A stretch of 48,350 bases of DNA from Bdellovibrionales bacterium (GCA_043784965.1 JAYVXS010000085.1:1-48350); one strand, 5' to 3'. Positions 8,941-18,520 are shown, numbered from the stretch's first letter. Notes: generated from the sequence alone by a model not told the origin. A program made the numbers and translations.

Positions 8941-9689
8941 TGATCACCGACATCAAATCAGACAAAATGGTGGTAATTTCTGATTTACATCTTGGAAATC
9001 CATTTTCAAAGGCCAAATTGAACACCGTTGAATTTCTCAATTGGGCAAGAGTGAATGGCTATGATGTCTGTATAAATGGGGACGGTTTTGAAATTGCACA
9101 AGTGTCTTTTGCAAAGTTAGCAAGAGATGTTCCGGAGGTCCTACATGCCCTCAAAGCCCATACTAACTCAGGCAAAAATATTTACTATGTGGTCGGCAAC
9201 CATGACATCGTTTTTGAAAACTTCTTAAATGACTGGGGCGGTTTTAAAGTGGCGCCATTTTTGAATCTGAAAAATAAAGATCTTCGAATTCGTATTGAAC
9301 ACGGTCACCTTTATGATCCGTTTTTTGTTAAAAATCCAGAGCTCTATGAGTTTTTAACATGGGCCGCGGGCTTTGCCCTTGCGATACATCCAAATTTTTA
9401 CAAACTTTGGATCCAATTCGAAATTTTTCAGTCTCGTCTATGGAGCAGTCAAAAAAAGGGTATCGAAGGAGAACATGAAAATTTTATTAATGCGGCTGAA
9501 GAACTCCTAGCTCGTGGATTCGATCATGTCATCTTTGGCCACACCCACCATATTGGGCAAGTCGATATGGGCGATGGAAAATTCTATTTCAATCCAGGAT
9601 CTTGGTTGATGGACACAACCTATGTCCATATTGAAAATGGGATCTGTGATATGCGCTCTTGGAAGAAAATTAAATTTCTCGCAGCTTAG
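8940..9689 (+). CDS. Calcineurin-like metallophosphoesterase (LpxH-like family)
   Basis: ISDLHLG, NGD, VGNHD, EHGH, FGHTH, NPGSW. TAATG overlap with the upstream gene. Confidence 0.85.
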   Translation: MITDIKSDKMVVISDLHLGNPFSKAKLNTVEFLNWARVNGYDVCINGDGFEIAQVSFAKLARDVPEVLHALKAHTNSGKNIYYVVGNHDIVFENFLNDWGGFKVAPFLNLKNKDLRIRIEHGHLYDPFFVKNPELYEFLTWAAGFALAIHPNFYKLWIQFEIFQSRLWSSQKKGIEGEHENFINAAEELLARGFDHVIFGHTHHIGQVDMGDGKFYFNPGSWLMDTTYVHIENGICDMRSWKKIKFLAA

Positions 9690-9697
9690 CCCATATA

Positions 9698-11395
9698 CTA
9701 TATTTCAAATAGCTTCTCACCACGGTCAAAACTTTCACGCATTTGATTTAGAAAGTTGGTGAGCATAAGTACGGATTGGCCACTGCCGCCAGCCTCACTA
9801 AAGGGCCCTGAGACGCCATCTTTCCATGCGAAAATATCAAGATGTGCCCAAGGCAGACGCCCTACAAAACTCTCAAGAAAAAGGGCTGCTGAAATGGCGC
9901 CTCCATATCCACTATCCGAGCAATTGCTCATGTCCGCAAACTGACTTTTCAACTGATTTCGATAATTTTGAAAAAGTGGCATCGGCCAGCACAAATCATT
10001 CTGTTCGCGACCCGCCTCAAAAAGCATATCAGAAAGTAAATCATGATTGCAGAAAAGGCCTGCGATTTCAGTGCCAAGTCCGACTTTTATAGCACCAGTC
10101 AAAGTTGCAATATTAATAATTAAGAGTGGCTCATTAGGTCCTTGTTGTTTAGCTGCAACATCCAAAGCATCAGCTAATACAAGGCGCCCCTCGGCATCCG
10201 TATTGTGAATCTCAACAGAAGTTAAATTTCTCGCAATTATAACATCGCTAGGACGAAAGGCTTTCTCATCGACCGAGTTTTCAGCGATTGAAAGATAAAA
10301 ATCTAGCGGATGTGGATAGTTTGTCGAGCTCGCCCAATAACATATTCCAAGTACGGCAGCAGAGCCCCCCATATCCTTTTTCATTAAGCGCATGCCCGAG
10401 GAGGGTTTCATGTCGAGGCCCCCTGAATCAAAGGTAATACCCTTACCAACAAAGGCAATTGGCTTTTGCTGACGAGTTTTTGCCGGATCTGACTTTGTTT
10501 TTGGTCGGTATTTAAGATGTACTAGTCTGGGCCCAAACTCTGCTCCTTGACCGACTGCTCGCAATAAATTCATGTTCTCTTTTTTTAGCTTTTCATCTTT
10601 CCAAACTTCAATCGAAAGATCTGGCAATGCTTGGAAGCCATTCTCGATTTCGGCAACAAAAGTCTCAGGGTTTAGAATGTTGGGCGGTAAATTCACCAGA
10701 TGCCTAGCTATATTAATTGCTTTCGCCTCTTTTGAAATAAGCTTCAGAACTTCGCTATTAATACTTTTCTGAAGAAGTGGGCTTCCGCTACTTCGATCGA
10801 GCTTACGAAAGCGGAGATCGAAAATATCCAATTTCGGCAATTTCCTATTTTTTCCAAAGTAATCTTGATTAAAACGATAGGAGGCGAGTTCGAAACCAAT
10901 CAGCGCCTGGCGAATTTCTTCGGCTGTTGCGTCGGCGAAAACTACCTCTAATCGAAGAATCGAAAAATTTGAAATTCCGCGAACCAATTGGCCGAACAAA
11001 TCTCGAAGTTTTGCGGATTCTTCAGGACGAATAAGTCCACGATGCACATCAAGCGCCCTTTGTTTTTTCTGAGCTAGCGCCAAATCCAATGGGCGAATCA
11101 ACCAAATCGGACCTTTGTTGCCATGAAATTCAAAAAACTCAAGCTTTGATTTCTTGATATAATCAATCTGCTTAAGGCTAAGCTCCCGTGCAATGATCTT
11201 TGCCGCAATTTCAAAATCCGATTCGCGAACAACCAATACTTTAGCAAAATTCGCTGAGCTATTGAGTTGATTTGAACTAGTTGTTGTCTTGTTTTCAAAT
11301 TGAATTCTTGCAGACTCAATCCATGTCGTAAACGGCATTTTAAAAAACAGCTTTTCAGTCGACTTTTCAACTTGGTTTTTTTTAGACTGGTCCAT
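9698..11395 (-). CDS. Leucyl aminopeptidase (M17 family)
   Basis: VGKGITFDSGG, MKKDMGG, NTDAEGRL, ATLTGA, WAHLDI. Start set to ATG 11395 after AAGGAAG. Confidence 0.92.
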   Translation of the reverse strand: MDQSKKNQVEKSTEKLFFKMPFTTWIESARIQFENKTTTSSNQLNSSANFAKVLVVRESDFEIAAKIIARELSLKQIDYIKKSKLEFFEFHGNKGPIWLIRPLDLALAQKKQRALDVHRGLIRPEESAKLRDLFGQLVRGISNFSILRLEVVFADATAEEIRQALIGFELASYRFNQDYFGKNRKLPKLDIFDLRFRKLDRSSGSPLLQKSINSEVLKLISKEAKAINIARHLVNLPPNILNPETFVAEIENGFQALPDLSIEVWKDEKLKKENMNLLRAVGQGAEFGPRLVHLKYRPKTKSDPAKTRQQKPIAFVGKGITFDSGGLDMKPSSGMRLMKKDMGGSAAVLGICYWASSTNYPHPLDFYLSIAENSVDEKAFRPSDVIIARNLTSVEIHNTDAEGRLVLADALDVAAKQQGPNEPLLIINIATLTGAIKVGLGTEIAGLFCNHDLLSDMLFEAGREQNDLCWPMPLFQNYRNQLKSQFADMSNCSDSGYGGAISAALFLESFVGRLPWAHLDIFAWKDGVSGPFSEAGGSGQSVLMLTNFLNQMRESFDRGEKLFEI

Positions 11396-11414
11396 AATCA
11401 CTTCCTTTGTACAT

Positions 11415-12083
11415 TTAAATCTGATTCGTCGCCTGACTTTGAAATCGAATTTTTGAAACACAGGCATTCCTGCCCTTTTTGACTCCATCAAATTCATGCA
11501 AATCTCTCAAGCTAAATCCAATAGTAATATGCGGGTAAAAATTTTCTGGATCAAACTTGCCAGGCGGTCCGCCCTTTGCAGCAAAGGCCTTAAAAACTTG
11601 ACGCCGAAACTCAATTAAGTCACCCGATTCAATCACTATAAAAAAACTTGTCTCTCTCACTCCGCCGATTAAGACTTCACCTCGGCCCAGACAAAGCATC
11701 TCCAATTGACTATTTTGAATTGTAAATTTTTTGCCAATTTCATTGATTTCTTTCATGCTAAGGTACGGACTTAAAACCTCATCAAATTCGGGTGGAGTAA
11801 TCACTGTCAAATGCGCCTCGCCCCGATTCTTTAGCTTTCCGAATTGTTTTTGAATTTCTTCAAATAATTTAGCAAACGGCGGGTAACTCAAATTTATCGC
11901 CAAGTAACTTTCAAACTTTTTCGCGCCTGAATGCGGTAAAAATGGCTCAATCTTGCCGCTGATCTGAGCTGCGCCCAATGCAAATTCGGTGGTCTCACCC
12001 ATGCAATTGAATTCAGCTTTTTGTGATTTGTTTGCACAATTAGAAAAGAAAAAAATCATGGTCATGAGAACATGCTTTTTCAT
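11415..12083 (-). CDS. 2H phosphoesterase family protein, probably exported or a lipoprotein
   Basis: Two HxT motifs (AHLTV, PHITIG), N-terminal hydrophobic stretch followed by Cys, ATGA overlap with the upstream gene. Confidence 0.75.
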   Translation of the reverse strand: MKKHVLMTMIFFFSNCANKSQKAEFNCMGETTEFALGAAQISGKIEPFLPHSGAKKFESYLAINLSYPPFAKLFEEIQKQFGKLKNRGEAHLTVITPPEFDEVLSPYLSMKEINEIGKKFTIQNSQLEMLCLGRGEVLIGGVRETSFFIVIESGDLIEFRRQVFKAFAAKGGPPGKFDPENFYPHITIGFSLRDLHEFDGVKKGRNACVSKIRFQSQATNQI

Positions 12084-13363
12084 CGCATCCAACCTAACCA
12101 ACTCTTTAAATAAGTTCCCTGAGGGAACTCTGCTAGCTCTGGATGGTCGGGGCTATGACTGCCCCTCCAGAGCCATTCCAGGCTTCTTCCAGATTTGCAC
12201 GTCGCCTGAATCAAAACCTCACGAAACCTTGAGTCATCTAAATGCCCAGAGCAAGAGCAGCTGATAAAGAGGCCGTTAAGGGCAGTTTTTCTAATTGCAT
12301 CTCGATTCAACTTTATATAGGCCCGTTCGCCATTCGGCACATCTTGCTTTTTCTTAATGAATGCCGGTGGATCACAAATTACAACATCATAACTTTGATC
12401 AGCTAAGCTAGAAAGCTCTTTTAAAACATCCAGCTTCTCGAGCTTGATCTGAGAGTCCATAACTCCATGCCTTTGAATGTTTCTTTTAGCCAATTGAAGT
12501 GCTCTTTCTGAAGCATCGACACACGTGAATTCCGCTCCAATATTCAAACTTGTAAAAAGATTTGCCATTTGGGCACTCCATTGCCCATTATAACAACAGA
12601 GATCCAAAACTCGCAGTGACTTCTTTTTACCTGTGAACAATTGCTGACTAGCCTTCACTAGCATTTCGATATTCGTTCTCTGATCGAGAAAAAAGCCAGT
12701 TTTTTGCCCACCAAGGAAGTCGACACTCATTTTAATCTTAGGTAAACTCGAATGTGCAGGCGCAATTTCAATTTCTGTATCACTCCAATCAACGCCCTCT
12801 ATATCTTTGTAAATGCGTTTAGCCTCAACAGTGAGTCCCTCAATTAGACGCGATTTTGAATCATTAGCTAAAATGATGGCGGTCCGCTGCCACTTAATAG
12901 ACGTACTATTTGTTACAAACTGCTCAAGCCCATCGAAAACAATCGGCAAAAGCTGATCCATTCCGGCAGTCGAGGATTGCAGTACAAAAATTTGCGAGTC
13001 CTCCCCTAACCTGTATCGATCAATAATTAGGCCAGGTAAAAAATCAGCTTCGGCAAAAATAAACCGAAAGCTTAATTGCTCAACCTTTGCCAATGCCCTC
13101 TTTAAATAGGCGCGCTCAAATCGCGAGCAGAAAAATTTTGCATTTATATCTTCATTCAATTCTCGACTTAAAATTCGAAAACAAATAAGCGTATTAGGGT
13201 GTGCATAACCTCGCGCTAAAAAATCTCCCGATTCATTAAAAAGGTCGACCAGTTCTCCTGCCGAGACATTTTTTGGAGAATGATTTAAATCGTTCGAAAA
13301 CACCCACGGATGTCTGAGATAGAACTTTTTAAGCGCGTGAAACTTAAGGTGCCATTTCTTCAT
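12080..13363 (-). CDS. RlmI-like class I SAM-dependent rRNA methyltransferase
   Basis: PUA-like HPWVF, GQKTGFFLDQR, VLDLCCY, DPPAF, SCS, PQGTYLK. Confidence 0.9.
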   Translation of the reverse strand: MKKWHLKFHALKKFYLRHPWVFSNDLNHSPKNVSAGELVDLFNESGDFLARGYAHPNTLICFRILSRELNEDINAKFFCSRFERAYLKRALAKVEQLSFRFIFAEADFLPGLIIDRYRLGEDSQIFVLQSSTAGMDQLLPIVFDGLEQFVTNSTSIKWQRTAIILANDSKSRLIEGLTVEAKRIYKDIEGVDWSDTEIEIAPAHSSLPKIKMSVDFLGGQKTGFFLDQRTNIEMLVKASQQLFTGKKKSLRVLDLCCYNGQWSAQMANLFTSLNIGAEFTCVDASERALQLAKRNIQRHGVMDSQIKLEKLDVLKELSSLADQSYDVVICDPPAFIKKKQDVPNGERAYIKLNRDAIRKTALNGLFISCSCSGHLDDSRFREVLIQATCKSGRSLEWLWRGSHSPDHPELAEFPQGTYLKSWLGWMR

Positions 13364-13496
13364 TTAAGTTTAACCTTCGTTTCAAGGTAGATGACCAAAG
13401 CATAGTTTATGCCGCCTAAAGGACCGAGGGTCAAGCGAGTCCGGGATATTGCTTCTGAAATTATTAGATGATCGTCACCTTTGATCCTTTGCGAAT

Positions 13497-13856
13497 GCCG
13501 AAATCGAAGAAGTAAAGCTCAGGCGCGAATATTTAGTTCAAATTATTAAAGCAAAATATTTTCACGAATGGAGATCAAGTACTAGCGAAAATATCGAACG
13601 ATGAAACTATCGAACTAAAAGTAATGAATCGCTCGATAATTGACTCTGCTTCAAATAAGACTATTGATGCGATTGAAGCCTTGATTGTCCTGAAGGAGCC
13701 AGTCCTGCCATGATCTTAAGAATCTATTATTGGTATCAACGGCTTTATGGCGACAAATCTGAATCCAAGGCAATTTATAAAATGCCAAGTCTGATCGAGA
13801 AAATCAGTAAAACCAATGATAAGTTTAAAAATCGAGAACCCAGCATTCCAAATTGA
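13497..13856 (+). pseudogene. Possible decayed gene or chain of small ORFs
   Basis: Three consecutive short open frames: 13497-13604 (no start), 13624-13713 and 13710-13856 (AAGGAG upstream). No recognisable motif. Confidence 0.25.
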
Positions 13857-13896
13857 GACAATTAGACCGATTTCAGATGCGGTCCCCACTTTATAA

Positions 13897-13984
13897 ACTG
13901 ACCCACCCATAACCGGGACCGAAACCGAAAAACTGCAAGCCGTCGCCGCTGCCCCGAAACTGCCGCTAGATTGCTCTACGTAAT
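13897..13984 (+). repeat. Repeat family B, longest copy, with no A insertion
   Basis: ACTGACCCACCCATAACCGGGACCGAAACCGAAAAACTGCAAGC...CTACGTAAT, followed by TA-GACCAACAA. Confidence 0.85.
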
Positions 13985-14006
13985 TAGACCAACAATAAAT
14001 CCCGGG

Positions 14007-14047
14007 CCTCTTTGGGTGACCTCTTTGGGTGACCTCTTTGGGTGACC
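14007..14047. repeat. 13-bp tandem repeat (CCTCTTTGGGTGA) x3
   Basis: Three exact units read directly. Confidence 0.9.
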
Positions 14048-14160
14048 ATTGTATCAACAGCGCATACAATTTTAGTCGAGCCGATATAGTTTCAAAATAC
14101 TCAAGTCCATGAAATCACTTGGTTTATCGACTGGCATGCTCCTTGTACTCTTGATGTAAT

Positions 14161-15462
14161 ATGCTAAGAATCCTCAAAAAGTCTAAGAAAATCAGAAGCT
14201 TTATATTGCTAATCCTCTGTTTAAATCTGGTTAATTCTCAAACTCTTTTCGCTTATCAAGTAGAAATTACCCAGGCCAGAAATATACGATTAGCAGAAAC
14301 TGACGGCGAGGGCCGGCTTAAAATAATTGGTCGATTAACCGCGGGCTCAACACTAGAGATACCAGACGAATTTGCCGTTATCGAAAATGGCAAGCTCAAT
14401 TTCGACAAGAGCGTTCAGCAGTGGATGTTTGCGCTCAAAGAGCCAAATGCAAAATCTCCAATTTTAGCAAAGTTTGATAGTAACAAACGCGACTATTTCA
14501 TTCCAATCAAGGTTGTACAGGCCGCACCTGGCTCAAATTTTAGCAGCGTTAATCAAGAAGTGTTAATTTCGATCCGCGCAGTTGGTGTCGTTCGAGATAC
14601 AAAAAATAAAAGTGCAGCATTACAAACCACTCAAGCTACAAATTTAGTGTCGACTAAATCTACGCGTCCCCCCATACTTAAACCCAACCCAGCTATGACT
14701 TCTCTGGAAGCAACTTGTAATGGCAATTGCGATAACCATGCGGCTAATAAAAGTAAACTCGTTAAAAGCATTATGGGGATGAATACTTTGGTTGCAGGCG
14801 CCTCAGTAGTCGGAGCTGACCCGGCAAAGAAACCAATGCCACTTTTGAACGATCCGTCGCTTAAAGCCTACTACGAAATTAGCAATAACTTTAAAAATGA
14901 ATGTAATATGGAGCTTTCAGACTTTATCGGAGTAATTGAGCAAAAAGTAACAAACACGCCATTTCGAGCTGAGCAAATTTTGGCAATAATGGGACAAGAG
15001 TCAAGAGGTATATGCTTTCCAAAATCTGCGACTGGTATCCCTACAAAACATGGCCTTTTTGGAATCCAAGATAAAACGGTTGAAGAGCGTATCTGCTCAG
15101 CGAAGCAAAGTGCAGCCCTTAGAAGTGTTGTAAACTCCAACGACCATGTCTTTAAAAGACTGAGTGGCTACCAAACCAATGACGACTTGAACTGTGTTGG
15201 CAATCCATTCTTAAATCTCCAGGCCTCTCTTCGAATTTTAGCTATGAAGACAGCATATGTTAGAAACCCATCCAGAGATGGAGATGGCAAATACACGGAC
15301 GAAACAATTAAGAAATTGCTGTTCTACTATAATGGCAATACCGCAGCTACTAGAAATGGCAAAGATACCTACCAGTCGCAATATGTTAAAATTGTGTTTC
15401 CTCTTTCTCAGGTTCTGCGCAAGGCCATTGCTATGTCTCAGTCAGCTCAACCGGTCTCGTAA
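14161..15462 (+). CDS. Secreted protein with a C-terminal lytic transglycosylase/lysozyme-like domain
   Basis: Signal peptide, ILAIMGQES (putative catalytic Glu), HGLFGI, NPFLNL, YYNG. Confidence 0.6.
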   Translation: MLRILKKSKKIRSFILLILCLNLVNSQTLFAYQVEITQARNIRLAETDGEGRLKIIGRLTAGSTLEIPDEFAVIENGKLNFDKSVQQWMFALKEPNAKSPILAKFDSNKRDYFIPIKVVQAAPGSNFSSVNQEVLISIRAVGVVRDTKNKSAALQTTQATNLVSTKSTRPPILKPNPAMTSLEATCNGNCDNHAANKSKLVKSIMGMNTLVAGASVVGADPAKKPMPLLNDPSLKAYYEISNNFKNECNMELSDFIGVIEQKVTNTPFRAEQILAIMGQESRGICFPKSATGIPTKHGLFGIQDKTVEERICSAKQSAALRSVVNSNDHVFKRLSGYQTNDDLNCVGNPFLNLQASLRILAMKTAYVRNPSRDGDGKYTDETIKKLLFYYNGNTAATRNGKDTYQSQYVKIVFPLSQVLRKAIAMSQSAQPVS

Positions 15463-15526
15463 ACGACCCTGTTGACAGAGTAATCTCGTCAACAGCATGA
15501 TTGAACTCAAACTTGGAGACCCAATC

Positions 15527-16531
15527 ATGCCCTCAACAAACCAATTGAAAACACTGTTTTCTGCAGCCCAACCAACCGGCGGCGGAATTATGCTTGGCAA
15601 TTATTTGGGCGCCATCAAGAATTGGGTTCAACTGCAAAATCAATATCAATGTCTTTTCTCAGTGGTCGATCTTCATTCAATTACCATGAGGCAGGAGCCT
15701 ACAAAGCTTAGAGAATTGTCTTATAAAATGGCCGCAAGTTATATTGCTTGTGGAATTGATCCGAAAAAGAGTCTTGTTTTCGTTCAATCACATATTCCTC
15801 AGCACGCTGAACTTGCCTGGATTCTCGCTTGCTTTTCAAATATGGGTGAGCTCAACCGCATGACCCAATTTAAGGACAAAAGTGCAAAAAGTGATCATAT
15901 CCCAACAGGTCTTTTCGTCTATCCTGCATTAATGGCCGCTGATATTTTACTTTACCAATCACACCTGATTCCAGTCGGTAGTGATCAAAAGCAGCACATT
16001 GAACTTGCAAGAGACCTCGCACATAGAATGAATAAACTTTACGGACCACTCTTTCAAACCCCTGAAATTTATACCGGAACCATTGGCGCGCGAATTATGA
16101 GCCTTCAAGATCCAGCAAAGAAGATGTCAAAGTCAGATGAAGATCCTGCCGCAACTATTTTTTTGACTGACAGTGACGATGCCATAGTGAAAAAACTAAA
16201 ACGTGCGATCACAGACTCAAAGAATGAAATAGGCTTAAGTGATGATCAGCCTGGGCTTAAAAATTTATTAATTATTCAAGCTGCCATTAGCGGCAAAGCT
16301 CCGCAAGAAATTGCAGATTCTTTGGCAGGCAAACAGTATGGCTTTTTCAAAATGCAAACGGCTGATATGATTATATCTCTATTTGCACCGATTCGAGCTG
16401 AAGTTGAAAGACTCTACTCTGAAAAAACAGAGCTAGACCGCATATTAAAAGAAAGTGCCCGCAAAGCCAAAGAGCTCGCAGAAAAAACTTTAACTCAAGT
16501 CCACGAAGCTCTAGGTTTTATAAAACGCTAG
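15527..16531 (+). CDS. trpS: Tryptophanyl-tRNA synthetase
   Basis: QPTG, VDLHSIT, RMTQFKDK, YPALMAADIL, VGSDQKQH, KMSKS. Start set to ATG 15527 after GGAG. Confidence 0.96.
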   Translation: MPSTNQLKTLFSAAQPTGGGIMLGNYLGAIKNWVQLQNQYQCLFSVVDLHSITMRQEPTKLRELSYKMAASYIACGIDPKKSLVFVQSHIPQHAELAWILACFSNMGELNRMTQFKDKSAKSDHIPTGLFVYPALMAADILLYQSHLIPVGSDQKQHIELARDLAHRMNKLYGPLFQTPEIYTGTIGARIMSLQDPAKKMSKSDEDPAATIFLTDSDDAIVKKLKRAITDSKNEIGLSDDQPGLKNLLIIQAAISGKAPQEIADSLAGKQYGFFKMQTADMIISLFAPIRAEVERLYSEKTELDRILKESARKAKELAEKTLTQVHEALGFIKR

Positions 16532-16542
16532 CCACTTCTTCA

Positions 16543-16567
16543 ACTGACCCACCCATAACTGAAACCG
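16543..16567 (+). repeat. Repeat family B, left-end fragment
   Basis: ACTGACCCACCCATAAC is identical to 13897-13913 and is followed by TGAAACCG. Confidence 0.75.
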
Positions 16568-16971
16568 GAATACTATTTCGCCAAATTGGGGCAAGCGAAA
16601 CGACCATTTTAAACGCAAAATCCACAGATGTTGAAACTAATCTTAACTTTATGACCGTTCCAGTATCTGCGAAATACTATTTTAGCAATCAACACGAAAG
16701 TTCTTTCTTCGCGAAAGTTGGCATTGCCCCCTCATTGTTAGTCGGCAGTAAATTCATCGCAAATACTCAAGGCCCAAATTTTCGAAACTCTGATCCAAAT
16801 TCGTTCGCATTAGATGGACTGATTGGCTTGGGTGGAAAATATCAATTTACCAGCCAGATTGGTATTGTTCTCGAGGTTTCATATTGGAGAGCGGTAACTC
16901 CCGCCTACTCTGGCCGTAATATCTACACATCCAACTTCGTCAATACCATTGGTATCAATATCAATTTATAA
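16561..16971 (+). pseudogene. 5'-truncated outer-membrane beta-barrel (porin family) gene
   Basis: Frame is open upstream of ATG 16651 (ETGILFRQIG...NLNFMTVPVSAKY). Alternating beta strands, C-terminal IGININL, no signal peptide or RBS. Confidence 0.65.
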
Positions 16972-17035
16972 AATCATAAATAATTTAAGCTAAAAAAATA
17001 CCGGACCGCAAAAAAATACGCTCAAGAAATTGGGC

Positions 17036-18520
17036 TCATTTTTCAAGTTCTGGGACTTCTATGGGAGGTTCATTTGAAAATGGAATGTCAGAAGAGTCCT
17101 CTTTATACTCTTCAGTCTTTGCTCGACTGAACTGATCAACATCAATTGTTGTCTTTCTTGATCCAATTCTATATTCTTTGCTCACCGGAAACTCACCGCC
17201 AATTCGATCGCCAGGGCGAACCTCATCTATAGTATTCAAAATAAGGGCGGTCGAAGAATCCTTCGAAACTTTGGCTACTTTAATAACACCAATTGGTCGG
17301 CCAACATCCATCAGACTCGTACCTTCTCTACGAGATTTTCGAATTGAGCGAACAGCTAACAAGTCACCTTCTTTGACGCCGCTTTCCACTCCAATATTTA
17401 TAAATATAACCGAAGCAGTGCCGAAAATTTTTCGCTCGGAACTAAACTCGCCTCCGACTATTTCTCCCTGAATATTTTTTCTAGGACCAATAAATTCGAA
17501 AGAAGCCTGGGGCAAAGGCTCGTCTGTCACCCAAGCATTCAGCACAATTGGAGAAACACAATCGACAACGATCGCTTTATATATTCCGTCTTCTTCATTT
17601 ACGATTTCGATAATTTCGACCGAACCGTTGACTTCAATAATATTTCCGAGACTCTTGCCGTCACTATCTGAGATGTCACCTTTTACGACTACGATATTGA
17701 GCCGTTCGCCAACTTTTACTTTTCTACCGAGCTCTAAGAAAACATTCTGCAGGATGGAGGCCGTAGCCTCTTGGACTTCCATTTCTTTTACGAATCCCAA
17801 CTTTCTTGGTAGATCTGTATTTAAAAATGAATTTAAGGTGACCTTTCCAGCAACTTTAAGTGCCTTTGTAAACCCAACATCAAGTCCTGTACTATCAAAA
17901 ATCCCTACATATTTTGAAATTGAGGGCTTAGAAAATGAAGGTGGGAAGCTCTTTAGTGGTAGCTGTATCTTTTTTGTTGAAGGAGGAATTTCAGGTTTTC
18001 GGCCGATCACATCTGCATCTTCGATAATGCTTCCGCCAGCAATCTCTTCAGCCGTAACATTTTCATGTACCTCTTCGACGTAATAAGGCTTTGGAGCCTC
18101 ATTCATTTCAATGATAACTGTCGGTGCCTGAGACTCATTTCCCGCAATAAATCGAACCAATCGCTTAGGAACAATTTGATGAGGATTTTCAATGCTGTGA
18201 TTTTCGGACCATAACTTCGGCCAATAAGAACCATCTCCAAACATGGTCTCACTCAAATCCCAAAGGGTATCCCCGGCTTGGATCCTATACGACTCTGAGG
18301 CTCTCGTCCCAAGCATGCTTTGCCATTGGCCTTCATCCAAGGGCACTTTATTGAACTTCTCGAAAATATTTTGCAGTCGCTTCTCTCGCTCCGTATCAGG
18401 AGCACCAAATTTAGCTTCGGACTCAGCCGCAAAGACCGTACTCGTCGCCAGATTAGCAAAGGCAAAAGAAATCAGAATCCATGTTTTGCTCAAACTCCAA
18501 AGAATAACTTTTGCATTCAC
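17036..18520 (-). CDS. Exported LysM peptidoglycan-binding domain protein
   Basis: YRIQAGDTLWDLS...YWPKLWSEN..IENPHQI and a signal peptide. Confidence 0.85.
   Translation of the reverse strand: MNAKVILWSLSKTWILISFAFANLATSTVFAAESEAKFGAPDTEREKRLQNIFEKFNKVPLDEGQWQSMLGTRASESYRIQAGDTLWDLSETMFGDGSYWPKLWSENHSIENPHQIVPKRLVRFIAGNESQAPTVIIEMNEAPKPYYVEEVHENVTAEEIAGGSIIEDADVIGRKPEIPPSTKKIQLPLKSFPPSFSKPSISKYVGIFDSTGLDVGFTKALKVAGKVTLNSFLNTDLPRKLGFVKEMEVQEATASILQNVFLELGRKVKVGERLNIVVVKGDISDSDGKSLGNIIEVNGSVEIIEIVNEEDGIYKAIVVDCVSPIVLNAWVTDEPLPQASFEFIGPRKNIQGEIVGGEFSSERKIFGTASVIFINIGVESGVKEGDLLAVRSIRKSRREGTSLMDVGRPIGVIKVAKVSKDSSTALILNTIDEVRPGDRIGGEFPVSKEYRIGSRKTTIDVDQFSRAKTEEYKEDSSDIPFSNEPPIEVPELEK

Noticed and set aside
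14007-14047. Short direct repeats as a possible CRISPR array
   Set aside because: The units are contiguous 13-mers with no spacers, and there are no cas genes.
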